32,000 bases of DNA from Bryobacterales bacterium. Lineage in GTDB: Bacteria; Acidobacteriota; Terriglobia; Bryobacterales; Bryobacteraceae. Below are positions 1 through 8,294 of the stretch, one piece after another. Each line of letters starts with the position of its first letter. Within the stretch, counting starts at the first letter, position 1. Below the pieces are notes generated by a model that saw only the letters and a list, made by a program, of their open reading frames with translations, was not told the origin of the DNA and did no database searches. The stretch covers positions 444,357 through 476,356 of the forward strand of contig CAVZVI010000014.1 of the NCBI GenBank assembly GCA_963778675.1, in the 5' to 3' direction. Both the position numbers and the translations under genes were made by a program.

Positions 1-1
1 G

Positions 2-433
2 CTCGAAACCATCCGCGAGTGGGATTTCCTCCTGATCAACGACAGCGAAGCACGCCTGCTCTCCGGCGAGTCCAATCTGCGGCGTGCCGCGGCCAGGATC
101 ATCGAAATGGGGCCTTCCTCGCTGGTGATCAAGCGCGGCGAGTACGGCGCGGTCCTCTTCCAGAACGGCTGCCATTTCATCGCGCCCGGGTACCTGCTCG
201 ACCGGGTTTTCGATCCCACCGGCGCCGGCGATTCCTTCGCCGGAGGCTTCATCGGGTACCTGGCCGGCAACGGCGGCAAGATCGATTTCCCCGATCTGCG
301 CCGCGCCGTCATCTACGGTTCGGTGATGGGCAGCTTCTGCTGCGAGAAATTCGGCGTGGACCGCTTCCGCACCCTCACCCGTGACGAAATCGAGGCCCGG
401 TATCAGGAATTCCAAGGCTGCACCGCGTTCTAA
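2..433 (+). CDS. PfkB-family carbohydrate kinase, C-terminal part (5' end lies upstream of the window)
   Basis: The frame is open from position 2 (LETIREWDFLLINDSEARLL...). 'DPTGAGDSFAGGFIGYLAG' matches the PfkB C-terminal GAGD ATP-binding signature. Stop TAA at 431-433. Confidence 0.8.
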   Translation, partial: LETIREWDFLLINDSEARLLSGESNLRRAAARIIEMGPSSLVIKRGEYGAVLFQNGCHFIAPGYLLDRVFDPTGAGDSFAGGFIGYLAGNGGKIDFPDLRRAVIYGSVMGSFCCEKFGVDRFRTLTRDEIEARYQEFQGCTAF

Positions 434-1937
434 GGGCGCGGTCGCGCTTGCTGCACTCTCGCTTGCTCTCGTGAGCGCCGCCGCCGTCTGGTTTTTCTTC
501 ACCCGCGGCTGCCTGGAGTGGTACGGCGACGCCGAAGCGCATCTCAACATCGCTCGCCGCATCCTCGATTCCCAGACCCCCGGCTACGACCAGATCGGCA
601 CTCCCTGGCTGCCTCTGCCGCACCTGTTGCTCGTGCCTTTCGCCCGCGTGGATTCGTGGTGGTTCAGCGGAATCGCCGCTGCCTTCCCCTCGGCCGCCTG
701 TTTCGTGATCGGCGGCACTTTCTTCTTCGCCGCCGTGCGCCGAATCTTTGAATCCACGGCCGCTGCGGTCGCCGCCACGGCGGTGCTGGCCCTCAACCCC
801 AACCTGCTCTACCTGCAGTCCACCGCCATGACCGAACCGGTGTTCCTGGCCGCGCTCGCCGCGCTGCTTTACTTCACGATCCGCGGATGGCCGGCCGCCG
901 CGGGACTCGCCGCATGCGCCGCGGCCCTGACCCGGTACGACGGCTGGTTCCTCATTCCCTTTGTTTCGGTCTACTTTCTGCGCAAAAACTGGCGCGATGC
1001 GCTCTGGTTTTCGCTGATTGCCGGCGCCGCGCCGCTCTACTGGCTCGGTCACAACTGGTGGCTCACCGGCGATGCCCTTTACTTTTTCCACGGACCCGGC
1101 TCGGCTGCGGCTATTCAGGGCAACGCCTACTATCCAGGCAAGCAGAACTGGTATCTGGCGGCTCTCTACTTCGGTACGGCTGCGCGTCTATGCGCCGGCA
1201 CCGGCCTTGCCCTACTGGCTCTCGCCGGCGTGGTGGCCGCGGTCGTCCGCCGCGCTTTCTGGCCCCTGCTCTTGCTGGCGCTTCCCCCGGTCTTCTATAT
1301 CTGGAGCCTCCACTCCTCCGGCACCCCGATCTTTGTGCCCACGATGTGGCCGCACTCCTACTACAACACCCGCTACGGCCTCGCCGCCCTCCCGCTCTTC
1401 GCCTTCGCCGCCGGTTCTCTTGTGGCCCTGTGGGGCAAGGGCCGGCCCCCCGGCGTGCCCAATTGGCTTCGTTCCGCGGCGGCTGCTCTCGTCATCGTGG
1501 CCGGAACCTTCTACTGGGCACTGCACCCCGCCCCCGCCGACTGGGTCACCTGGGCCGAATCGCGCGCCAACTCCATCGGCCGCCGCGCCTGGACTACCGA
1601 AGCCGCCCAGTACCTCAAGCCTCGTTTTCTTGCCGGTTCCGGTATCATTTCTTCTAGTGGCGACGACTTCGCGGGAATCTACCGCTACATGGGTATTCCC
1701 CTGCGCGAGACCTTCAGCGTTTCCAACGGTCTGCCCTGGGAAGCCACCGTGCGCCGCCCCGAGCTCTGGCTCCGCCAGGAATGGGCAGTCGTCAAGCGCG
1801 GCGACCCGGTCGACCGGGCCATCGCCCGCGCCGCCCGCTTCGGCATACGCTATCGGCTCGAAAAGGTGATTATCGAGAAGGATGAGCCGGTGATTGAGAT
1901 CTACCGGCGTATAGGAGGAAGTCATGGTCCCGCATGA
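381..1937 (+). CDS. Polytopic membrane protein, GT-C fold glycosyltransferase-like (ArnT/PMT/GT39-like)
   Basis: 518-aa ORF with many hydrophobic helices. A positively charged N-terminus precedes the first TM helix, followed by an acidic first-loop motif 'YGDAEAHLNIARRIL' and a roughly 130-aa soluble C-terminus. The only in-frame start that keeps TM1 is GTG 381, which overlaps the kinase gene by 53 nt. The family call comes from architecture, not from a diagnostic motif. Confidence 0.5.
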   Translation: MTKSRPGIRNSKAAPRSKGAVALAALSLALVSAAAVWFFFTRGCLEWYGDAEAHLNIARRILDSQTPGYDQIGTPWLPLPHLLLVPFARVDSWWFSGIAAAFPSAACFVIGGTFFFAAVRRIFESTAAAVAATAVLALNPNLLYLQSTAMTEPVFLAALAALLYFTIRGWPAAAGLAACAAALTRYDGWFLIPFVSVYFLRKNWRDALWFSLIAGAAPLYWLGHNWWLTGDALYFFHGPGSAAAIQGNAYYPGKQNWYLAALYFGTAARLCAGTGLALLALAGVVAAVVRRAFWPLLLLALPPVFYIWSLHSSGTPIFVPTMWPHSYYNTRYGLAALPLFAFAAGSLVALWGKGRPPGVPNWLRSAAAALVIVAGTFYWALHPAPADWVTWAESRANSIGRRAWTTEAAQYLKPRFLAGSGIISSSGDDFAGIYRYMGIPLRETFSVSNGLPWEATVRRPELWLRQEWAVVKRGDPVDRAIARAARFGIRYRLEKVIIEKDEPVIEIYRRIGGSHGPA

Positions 1938-2259
1938 AAACGTTACTACCGCATTCGAACTGCCCGGCTACCGCATCAAGCAGAACCTCGGCGTCGTCCG
2001 GGGAATCGTGGTCCGCTCCCGCTCGCTCATCGGAACCATCGGCGCCGGACTGCAGACCATCGTTGGCGGCAATATCTCGCTTTTCACCAAGCTCTGCGAA
2101 CACACCCGTTCCGACGCCTTCGATCTCATGATCGACCACGCCTCGGAACTCGGCGCGAATGCCGTCATCGGCGCGCGCTACGACGCCAACGATGTCATGC
2201 AGGGCGTCACCGAGGTTCTGGCCTACGGCACGGCCGTCGTAGTCGAGCCCCTTCCATAA
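1924..2259 (+). CDS. ybjQ: YbjQ/UPF0145 (DUF74) family protein
   Basis: 111 aa. 'TTAFELPGYRI...LGVVRGIVVRSRS...GGNI...ANAVIGARYD...EVLAYGTAV' is the typical full-length YbjQ pattern. Overlaps the upstream gene by 14 nt. Confidence 0.8.
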   Translation: MVPHENVTTAFELPGYRIKQNLGVVRGIVVRSRSLIGTIGAGLQTIVGGNISLFTKLCEHTRSDAFDLMIDHASELGANAVIGARYDANDVMQGVTEVLAYGTAVVVEPLP

Positions 2260-3053
2260 TGAAGATCCCCTACACCAAGGCGCACGGCGCCAAGAACGAT
2301 TTTCTGCTCACCTGGAGCCACGACGTTCCCGAAGAAGATCCGGCCGGAATGGCACGGGCCATCTGCGAGCGCCACACCGGGGTGGGTGCCGATGGCTGGC
2401 TGCTCGTCTCGCCGCCAAACGACGCCGAGGCCGAAGGGGAAATCCGTCTCTATAATTCCGACGGCAGCCTCGCCGAGATCTCCGGCAATGGCACCCGCTG
2501 CGCCGCGGCCTTTCTGATCCGCCACGGGTACGCCGCCGGGACCGTCCGCATCCGTACCGGGGCGGGCCTCAAGACCCTCCGCCTGCTCCGGCGCGACGGC
2601 CTCTCCTTCGAATTCGAAATGAACATGGGGCGCGCCGAGATCCTCGCCGGGCGCTTCGACCTGCCGCTTTCCACGGGTCCCCGCGATGTTACCCTGCTGT
2701 ATGTCGGCAACCCGCAATGCGCTGTCCCGGTCACCGGTTTCGATTTCGACTGGCGCGCCATGGGTGCCGAGATTGAATCGCACCCGCATTTTCCCAACCG
2801 CACTAACGTCTCATTTGTCCTGCCGGTCGACGAACACACGATTGAAGTGCGCTTCTATGAGCGCGGCGCGGGCGAAACCATGAGTTCCGGAACCGGTTCG
2901 ACCGGCGCGGCCGCAGCGGCACTCCTTCGCGGCATGGTCTCCTCCCCCGTTTGCGTTCTCACGCCCGCCGGTGCCCTGAACCTTCGTCTGGAAGGAGACA
3001 TTTACCTGACCGGCCCCGCCCAAATCGTCGCGGAAGGCGTGTTTCTTCTGTGA
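2259..3053 (+). CDS. dapF: Diaminopimelate epimerase
   Basis: 264 aa. 'KAHGAKNDFLL', 'NSDGSLAEISGNGTRCAAAFL' and 'ERGAGETMSSGTGSTGAA' carry the two catalytic-Cys/Ser-type DapF active-site motifs. The ATG shares its A with the ybjQ TAA stop (TAATG). Confidence 0.9.
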   Translation: MKIPYTKAHGAKNDFLLTWSHDVPEEDPAGMARAICERHTGVGADGWLLVSPPNDAEAEGEIRLYNSDGSLAEISGNGTRCAAAFLIRHGYAAGTVRIRTGAGLKTLRLLRRDGLSFEFEMNMGRAEILAGRFDLPLSTGPRDVTLLYVGNPQCAVPVTGFDFDWRAMGAEIESHPHFPNRTNVSFVLPVDEHTIEVRFYERGAGETMSSGTGSTGAAAAALLRGMVSSPVCVLTPAGALNLRLEGDIYLTGPAQIVAEGVFLL

Positions 3054-3068
3054 GAAAATGAGGACTCG

Positions 3069-4397
3069 ATGACCGAAGCACAACAACTTGCCGTTGAGGC
3101 TACTGCGAGAATTCTGGAGGAAAAGATCCGTACGCGTAAGGCCCGCGTGGGGATCGTCGGTCTTGGCTACGTCGGGTTGCCGCTGGCCGTGGAGTTCGCC
3201 AAGGCCGGCTTCCAGGTGACGGGGATCGACGTGAGCGCCGAAAAGGCCAAACGGGTGAATGCGGGCGATTCCTATGTGGGGGATATCCCGAGTTCCGTAC
3301 TCGGTCCGCTGGTCGAATCCGGCAAATTGCGCGCCACCTCCGATTTCTCGGCCGTGCTCGAGTTGGACACCATCAACATCTGTGTCCCTACTCCCCTGCG
3401 CAAGACGAAGGATCCGGACATGAGTTTCATCGTCAGCGCGTGTCAGGAGATCGAGAGGTCGTTCCACGCCGGCACGCTCGTGATTCTCGAATCCACGACT
3501 TATCCCGGCACTACCGACGAGGTCGTCCTGCCCATGCTCACTAAGTCGGGTCTCGAGGTTGGCCAGGATTTCTTTCTTTGCTTCTCCCCCGAGCGCGTCG
3601 ATCCCGGCAACCCCAAGTACCAGACTTCGAACATCCCGAAAGTCGTGGGAGGAGTGACCCCGGCATGCACGGAGATGGGCCGCCTGTTCTACGCGCAGGC
3701 TCTCGAAACGGTGGTCCCGGTCAGCTCCACCCAGGTCGCGGAAATGGTGAAGCTGCTCGAAAATACCTTCCGCATGATCAATATCGGGCTGGTCAATGAA
3801 ATCGCCTTGATGTGCGACCGCATCGGAATCAACGTCTGGGAAGTCATCGACGCCGCCGCCACCAAGCCGTTCGGCTTCATGCCGTTCTACCCGGGCCCCG
3901 GGCTGGGCGGCCACTGCATCCCCATCGATCCGTTTTACCTCTCGTGGAAGACCAAGCAGGCCGGCATTGAAGCCCGCTTCATCGAACTGGCGGGCTACAT
4001 CAACGGCCAGATGCCGCACTTCGTGGTGGACAAGGTGCAAAATGCCTTGAACGAAGCCGCCAAACCGGTCAAGGGTTCCAAGGTGCACGTAATGGGTGTG
4101 GCCTACAAGCGCGATATCGACGATATGCGCGAGTCGCCCGCGCTCGACATCATGCTCCTGCTTCAGAAGCGCGGCGCGATTATGTCTTATAGCGACCCGC
4201 ACGTGCCTGTGCTTCGGCTAGACGGCCTGAACCTCCAGGCACTCCCCGAGATCGCCGCCGCCGAAGCCGACTGCGCCGTGATTGTGACCGACCATTCGTC
4301 CTTCGATTACGGAGCGCTGGTGGAACGCGCCCCGCTGATCGTCGACACGCGCAACGCCTTGAAGAAATACCGCTCCGCCAAAATCGTTCGCCTGTAG
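3069..4397 (+). CDS. Nucleotide-sugar (UDP-sugar) 6-dehydrogenase family protein (WecC/WbpA/Cap5O-like)
   Basis: 442 aa. Contains an N-terminal Rossmann motif 'VGIVGLGYVGLPLAVEFAKAGFQVTGIDV', a catalytic-region 'GPGLGGHCIPIDP', and a C-terminal UDPG_MGDP_dh-like domain 'VHVMGVAYKRDIDDMRESPA'. Confidence 0.85.
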   Translation: MTEAQQLAVEATARILEEKIRTRKARVGIVGLGYVGLPLAVEFAKAGFQVTGIDVSAEKAKRVNAGDSYVGDIPSSVLGPLVESGKLRATSDFSAVLELDTINICVPTPLRKTKDPDMSFIVSACQEIERSFHAGTLVILESTTYPGTTDEVVLPMLTKSGLEVGQDFFLCFSPERVDPGNPKYQTSNIPKVVGGVTPACTEMGRLFYAQALETVVPVSSTQVAEMVKLLENTFRMINIGLVNEIALMCDRIGINVWEVIDAAATKPFGFMPFYPGPGLGGHCIPIDPFYLSWKTKQAGIEARFIELAGYINGQMPHFVVDKVQNALNEAAKPVKGSKVHVMGVAYKRDIDDMRESPALDIMLLLQKRGAIMSYSDPHVPVLRLDGLNLQALPEIAAAEADCAVIVTDHSSFDYGALVERAPLIVDTRNALKKYRSAKIVRL

Positions 4398-4565
4398 GCC
4401 CGGCGTTGCATACTGTTTCCCTCCGACTGGCGCCAGTAGCCAGGAGTTCACCGTCACAGCATACTTGAATCCTTCACGTTGGGATTGAGTATATACCGAG
4501 TAACTCGCGCTGCCGGGATTCTTCAGCAAGGGGAACTCGTAGCCCGGTGCGGTGTCTAATCTTGT

Positions 4566-4937
4566 ATGATCCGTAACTGGTCCGTACTCTATGTCCTGTT
4601 ACTCGCGTTTTTCGCGGCCCTGGCTTGGGCGGAAAATCCGGCGGTAGGCAAGTGGAGCTGCACGTCGGTAGATGAGCGTGGAACCCCGTTGAACTGGACC
4701 CTTTCAGTCAAAGAAGACGGCGGCAAACTTTCGGCGTCGATCGCAGACCTTCCGGATGGCGGCACCGTCGACCTGCTGGATCCGAAACTGGACGGCAGCA
4801 CGCTGACTTTCAAAGTACCCGTCAATCCCGAGGAAATTGTAGACGTGACGCTGAAGATCGACGGTAAGAATCTCGAAGGCACATTCTCCGGCAAGACCTC
4901 CGGGAAGGGCACCGTCAAGGGCGCGAAGCAATCGTAA
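4566..4937 (+). CDS. Small exported protein of unknown function (signal peptide plus a beta-rich roughly 100-aa domain)
   Basis: 123 aa. The N-terminus 'MIRNWSVLYVLLLAFFAALAWA/ENP' looks like a Sec signal with an AxA cleavage site. The mature part is Gly/Thr/Lys-rich with alternating patterns. GC looks lower than in neighbouring genes. It lies 41 nt upstream of the ADOP permease. Confidence 0.6.
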   Translation: MIRNWSVLYVLLLAFFAALAWAENPAVGKWSCTSVDERGTPLNWTLSVKEDGGKLSASIADLPDGGTVDLLDPKLDGSTLTFKVPVNPEEIVDVTLKIDGKNLEGTFSGKTSGKGTVKGAKQS

Positions 4938-4978
4938 ACTCCACCGGCGCGCTGACTTTTACAGCGTATGCTGTAAGG

Positions 4979-7357
4979 ATGCGATCTGCACTCCGTTCCC
5001 TCTGGCGGAGGCCCGTGTTTTCTGCCGCCGCCATTCTTACGGTCGCGCTGGGTGTAGGAGCCAATACGGCCCTCTTCGCCGTCATCTATTCGGTTCTGCT
5101 CCGCCCGCTCCCCTTTCGCGACCCGGGTAAACTCGTCCAAATCTGGGAAACTCATCCCGCGTTGCCCCAGTTGCAGGTAACGGTCCCGGACTTTCGCGAC
5201 TGGCGAAACCAGGCCCGCAGCTTCGAGCAGATCGCAGGCTATACCCTCTCGGCAATGAATACGGCCACCCTGCTGGGCCAGGGCGAACCGGCCATCGTCC
5301 ATGCCACCATGGCGAGCAGCAATCTGTTCCCCACCATGGGAATCCAGCCATCGGCCGGCCGCGCTTTCAGCGATTCCGAAGAGCGCGCCAAACAGCAGGT
5401 GGCGTTGATCAGCGAGAATCTGTGGCGGCGCAAATTCGCTGCGGATCCGGCCATCGTGGGCCGGCAGATCCGGCTCGAGACACAGTCCTTCCGGGTGCTC
5501 GGCATCGTGCCCCAGCGGCAGGCGTTTCCGGAGTGGGCGGACCTGTGGATGCCTCTCTCGCTCATCGAGCCCGACCTGCAGAATAGAAGGAAGTTCCATC
5601 CGCTGGAAGTGATTGCCCGCCTGAAGCCCGGTGTGAGCGTCGAGCAGGGTCAAAGCGAGATGCAGCGGATCGCAAGCCAACTGGCGCAGGCTCATCCGGA
5701 GACCAATGCCACCATCGGCGCCTATGCGATTCCCCTGGCCCAGGAGATGACCGGCAGTGTGCGCCCATCACTGCTGCTGGCTTGGGCGGCGGTTGGCCTG
5801 GTGCTCCTGATCGCGTGCGCCAACCTCGCCCATCTGTTCCTGGCCCGCATGATCGAGCGCCGCCAGGAGATGGCCATTCGGGAGGCTCTGGGAGCCAGGC
5901 CCCGGCAACTGGTCCGGCAGTACCTATCCGAGAGTCTGCTCGTCGCGGCGGTCGGCGGCGCCGCCGGCATTGCGGTCGCGGCATGGGCCAGTCAACTCGC
6001 CCGGAAGTTGGCGGCGAGTCAGATCCCCCGTCTCGAATGGGCCGCATTTCAGGCGCCCGTCTGGCTATTTGCAGCCGGCATTTCGCTCGTCGCCGGCATC
6101 CTCTTCGGATTGCCCGCTTGCTGGCAGGTAATGCGTTCGCGGGGTGACCTCGCCTCCGCGGGAAGGTCCATCACGCGCGGCCGGTCGCGTCTCAGCGCGG
6201 TCCTGATGGCGGGTGAAGTAGCCATGGCGCTCCTGGTACTCTCGGGCGCGGCGTTGCTGACCAGGAACTTCGCGGCGTTATTGAGCGAGGATCCCGGATT
6301 CCAGGCGAAGCAGGTGTGGGCGATCCCCAACCTTCCCCTGCGGAACGACTGGGTCAAATCCTCGGACTTCCTCACGACCCAACTGGCGCCTGCCCTGCGC
6401 AGCGTACCGGGCGTGGTGGACGTGGCAGCCGTCAATTCGGCGCCGATGAGCCTGGGCGCCACGGAGCATAGCCGGTTCGCAACGCGCTTCGGCCTCGAAG
6501 GACGGTCATTTGACCGCGGCAGCTACCCGGTCGCGCAGAACCGGTGGATCACGCCGGAGTACTTTCGAACGCTCGGCATTCCGCTGAAGAGTGGGCGGTG
6601 GTTGTCCGAAGCGGATCGCGGCAAACCACGGATTCTGATCAACGAGACCCTGGCCCGGCGCTTCTTCCCGAAACAGGACGCCGTAGGCAAACGGATCGTC
6701 CTCGGAGTCATGGATCCCAGGCAGGAATTCGACGAGATTGTGGGTGTCGTGGGCGACGTGCGGGATCTCGGCCTGGACCAGGAGGTTGAGCCCACCTTGT
6801 ACGGCGTTGCCACCGGCCCGGTCATGACCCTTCTGGTGAAAATCGGGGCCGGTTCGAACCGGTCCGCGAGGGAACTCCGGGAGGCGATCGATCGCGTCGA
6901 TCCCGAAATCCCCGTTACGAAGATCCAGCCCCTGCAGCAAAATCTCTCCGATTCCCTGGCGAGGCGGCGCTTCGCCCTCACGCTGCTTGCGATCTTCGGA
7001 GCGATGGCCGCGTTTCTGACGGCCGGCGGCATCTACGGCCTTTTGACGCAGTCGGTGAACGCGCGGGTCCGCGAGTTCGGAGTGCGGGCGGCGATTGGCG
7101 CAGCACCCGGCGAACTGGTGTCCATGATCCTGCGCGAAGCCATCGCGCTTACCCTGCCGGGACTGGTCGCCGGAGCGCTCCTATCGCTGTCGTTTGCGAG
7201 GGTGATGAAGGGCCTCGTCTACCAGCTTTCGCCGGCCGATCCCGTATCGATTGCGAGCGCCGGAGTTCTTCTCGTGCTGCTGACCTTCTTCTCCGCGTGG
7301 CTGCCCGCCAGGCGGGCGGCGGCGGTGGATCCCGCCATCGCACTGCGGGCCGAGTGA
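4979..7357 (+). CDS. ABC-type MacB/FtsX-like permease, ADOP (acidobacterial duplicated orphan permease) family
   Basis: 792 aa. The N-terminus 'LRSLWRRPVFSAAAILTVALGVGANTALFAVIYSVLLRPLPF' is followed by a periplasmic MacB_PCD-like region and two FtsX-type 4-TM modules. It ends in 'AARVDPAIALRAE'-type sequence ('AAVDPAIALRAE'). Confidence 0.9.
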   Translation: MRSALRSLWRRPVFSAAAILTVALGVGANTALFAVIYSVLLRPLPFRDPGKLVQIWETHPALPQLQVTVPDFRDWRNQARSFEQIAGYTLSAMNTATLLGQGEPAIVHATMASSNLFPTMGIQPSAGRAFSDSEERAKQQVALISENLWRRKFAADPAIVGRQIRLETQSFRVLGIVPQRQAFPEWADLWMPLSLIEPDLQNRRKFHPLEVIARLKPGVSVEQGQSEMQRIASQLAQAHPETNATIGAYAIPLAQEMTGSVRPSLLLAWAAVGLVLLIACANLAHLFLARMIERRQEMAIREALGARPRQLVRQYLSESLLVAAVGGAAGIAVAAWASQLARKLAASQIPRLEWAAFQAPVWLFAAGISLVAGILFGLPACWQVMRSRGDLASAGRSITRGRSRLSAVLMAGEVAMALLVLSGAALLTRNFAALLSEDPGFQAKQVWAIPNLPLRNDWVKSSDFLTTQLAPALRSVPGVVDVAAVNSAPMSLGATEHSRFATRFGLEGRSFDRGSYPVAQNRWITPEYFRTLGIPLKSGRWLSEADRGKPRILINETLARRFFPKQDAVGKRIVLGVMDPRQEFDEIVGVVGDVRDLGLDQEVEPTLYGVATGPVMTLLVKIGAGSNRSARELREAIDRVDPEIPVTKIQPLQQNLSDSLARRRFALTLLAIFGAMAAFLTAGGIYGLLTQSVNARVREFGVRAAIGAAPGELVSMILREAIALTLPGLVAGALLSLSFARVMKGLVYQLSPADPVSIASAGVLLVLLTFFSAWLPARRAAAVDPAIALRAE

Positions 7358-7367
7358 GGTGGCACAG

Positions 7368-8294
7368 ATGAGCGATCTGGAAACAGGGGGCCCGCCGAAC
7401 GACCCGGTCCGCTACATCGAGTCCGATTTTCGGGCGGCGGTTCCCGGCGAGCCGGCTGGTGATCTGGACGAAGCTCCTGTTCAACTACACCACTACACAT
7501 CGGGTCAAGGACTCTTCGGGATTCTCAACTCGGGCGAAGTGCACTGCACCAACATCCTCTATATGAACGATTCCTCCGAGATGGATTACGGCCGCGCTCT
7601 GGCCTCCGGCCTTCTCGATGACGCTGCGGAGCGCGTTGCCGGGCCCATCAAGCGCCTTTTCCCCGCCATTCGCCGCAGCCTGGAGATGCCCGATTTTCAG
7701 TACTTCGTCTCCTGCTTTTGCGAGAAGCCCGACCTGCTCAGCCAGTGGCGCGCATACGGTGCGCAGTCGGCGGGCTACTGCATCGGGTTTGCCGCGGAAG
7801 ACCTGCAGAAAGTTCTGCCGGAGTACGCGGAACTGGTTCGCGTGATATACGATCCCCGGGAGCAGGAGAAAGTGCTGCGCCATGCCTTCCGCCATTACGT
7901 GGGCACGGCGGAGCGCTGCTGCGCCAGCTACCCCGAGCATCCGCGGCTCGAAGAGGCCCTGAGCCGTTGGGCCGCCGCTACTTCGAACTTCCTCGGGCGT
8001 CTGCTGGCCCGCATGAAATCGCCGGCCTTCGAAGAAGAAAAGGAATGGCGAGTCATCATCATTCGCTTTACGTTCGATCAGGGCAAGGTTCGCTTTCGCA
8101 TCGCGCCCAGCGGAATCTTCGTGCCGTATTTCCCGTTTTTCTTCAAGAAAGACGGCGTCAAAGCCGTGCGGGAGGTGCGCCACGGCCCCACCGTCAACCC
8201 GACGCTGGCGGTGCGTTCCGTGGGAGGCCTGCTCAACCATCTCGGCTACACCGATGTGAAGCTGACAGGATCCGCCATCCCGCTCCGCGCCTAG
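7368..8294 (+). CDS. DUF2971-family protein (cytoplasmic, function unknown)
   Basis: 'LHHYTSGQGLFGILNSGEVHCTNILYMNDSSE', 'YFVSCFCEKPDLLSQWRAYG..GYCIGF' and 'KSPAFEEEKEWRVI' follow the DUF2971 pattern as I recall it. ATG 7368 sits 8 nt after GAGG (7356-7359). The alternative start GTG 7359 lies 1 nt after the permease stop. Confidence 0.7.
   Translation: MSDLETGGPPNDPVRYIESDFRAAVPGEPAGDLDEAPVQLHHYTSGQGLFGILNSGEVHCTNILYMNDSSEMDYGRALASGLLDDAAERVAGPIKRLFPAIRRSLEMPDFQYFVSCFCEKPDLLSQWRAYGAQSAGYCIGFAAEDLQKVLPEYAELVRVIYDPREQEKVLRHAFRHYVGTAERCCASYPEHPRLEEALSRWAAATSNFLGRLLARMKSPAFEEEKEWRVIIIRFTFDQGKVRFRIAPSGIFVPYFPFFFKKDGVKAVREVRHGPTVNPTLAVRSVGGLLNHLGYTDVKLTGSAIPLRA

Noticed and set aside
4218-4529. 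A minus-strand 103-aa ORF spanning the 4398-4565 spacer into the dehydrogenase 3' end.
   Set aside because: Half of it is antisense to a confident CDS. The spacer half has atypical codon composition and no RBS. I treat it as non-coding, though the odd composition is noted in the spacer finding.
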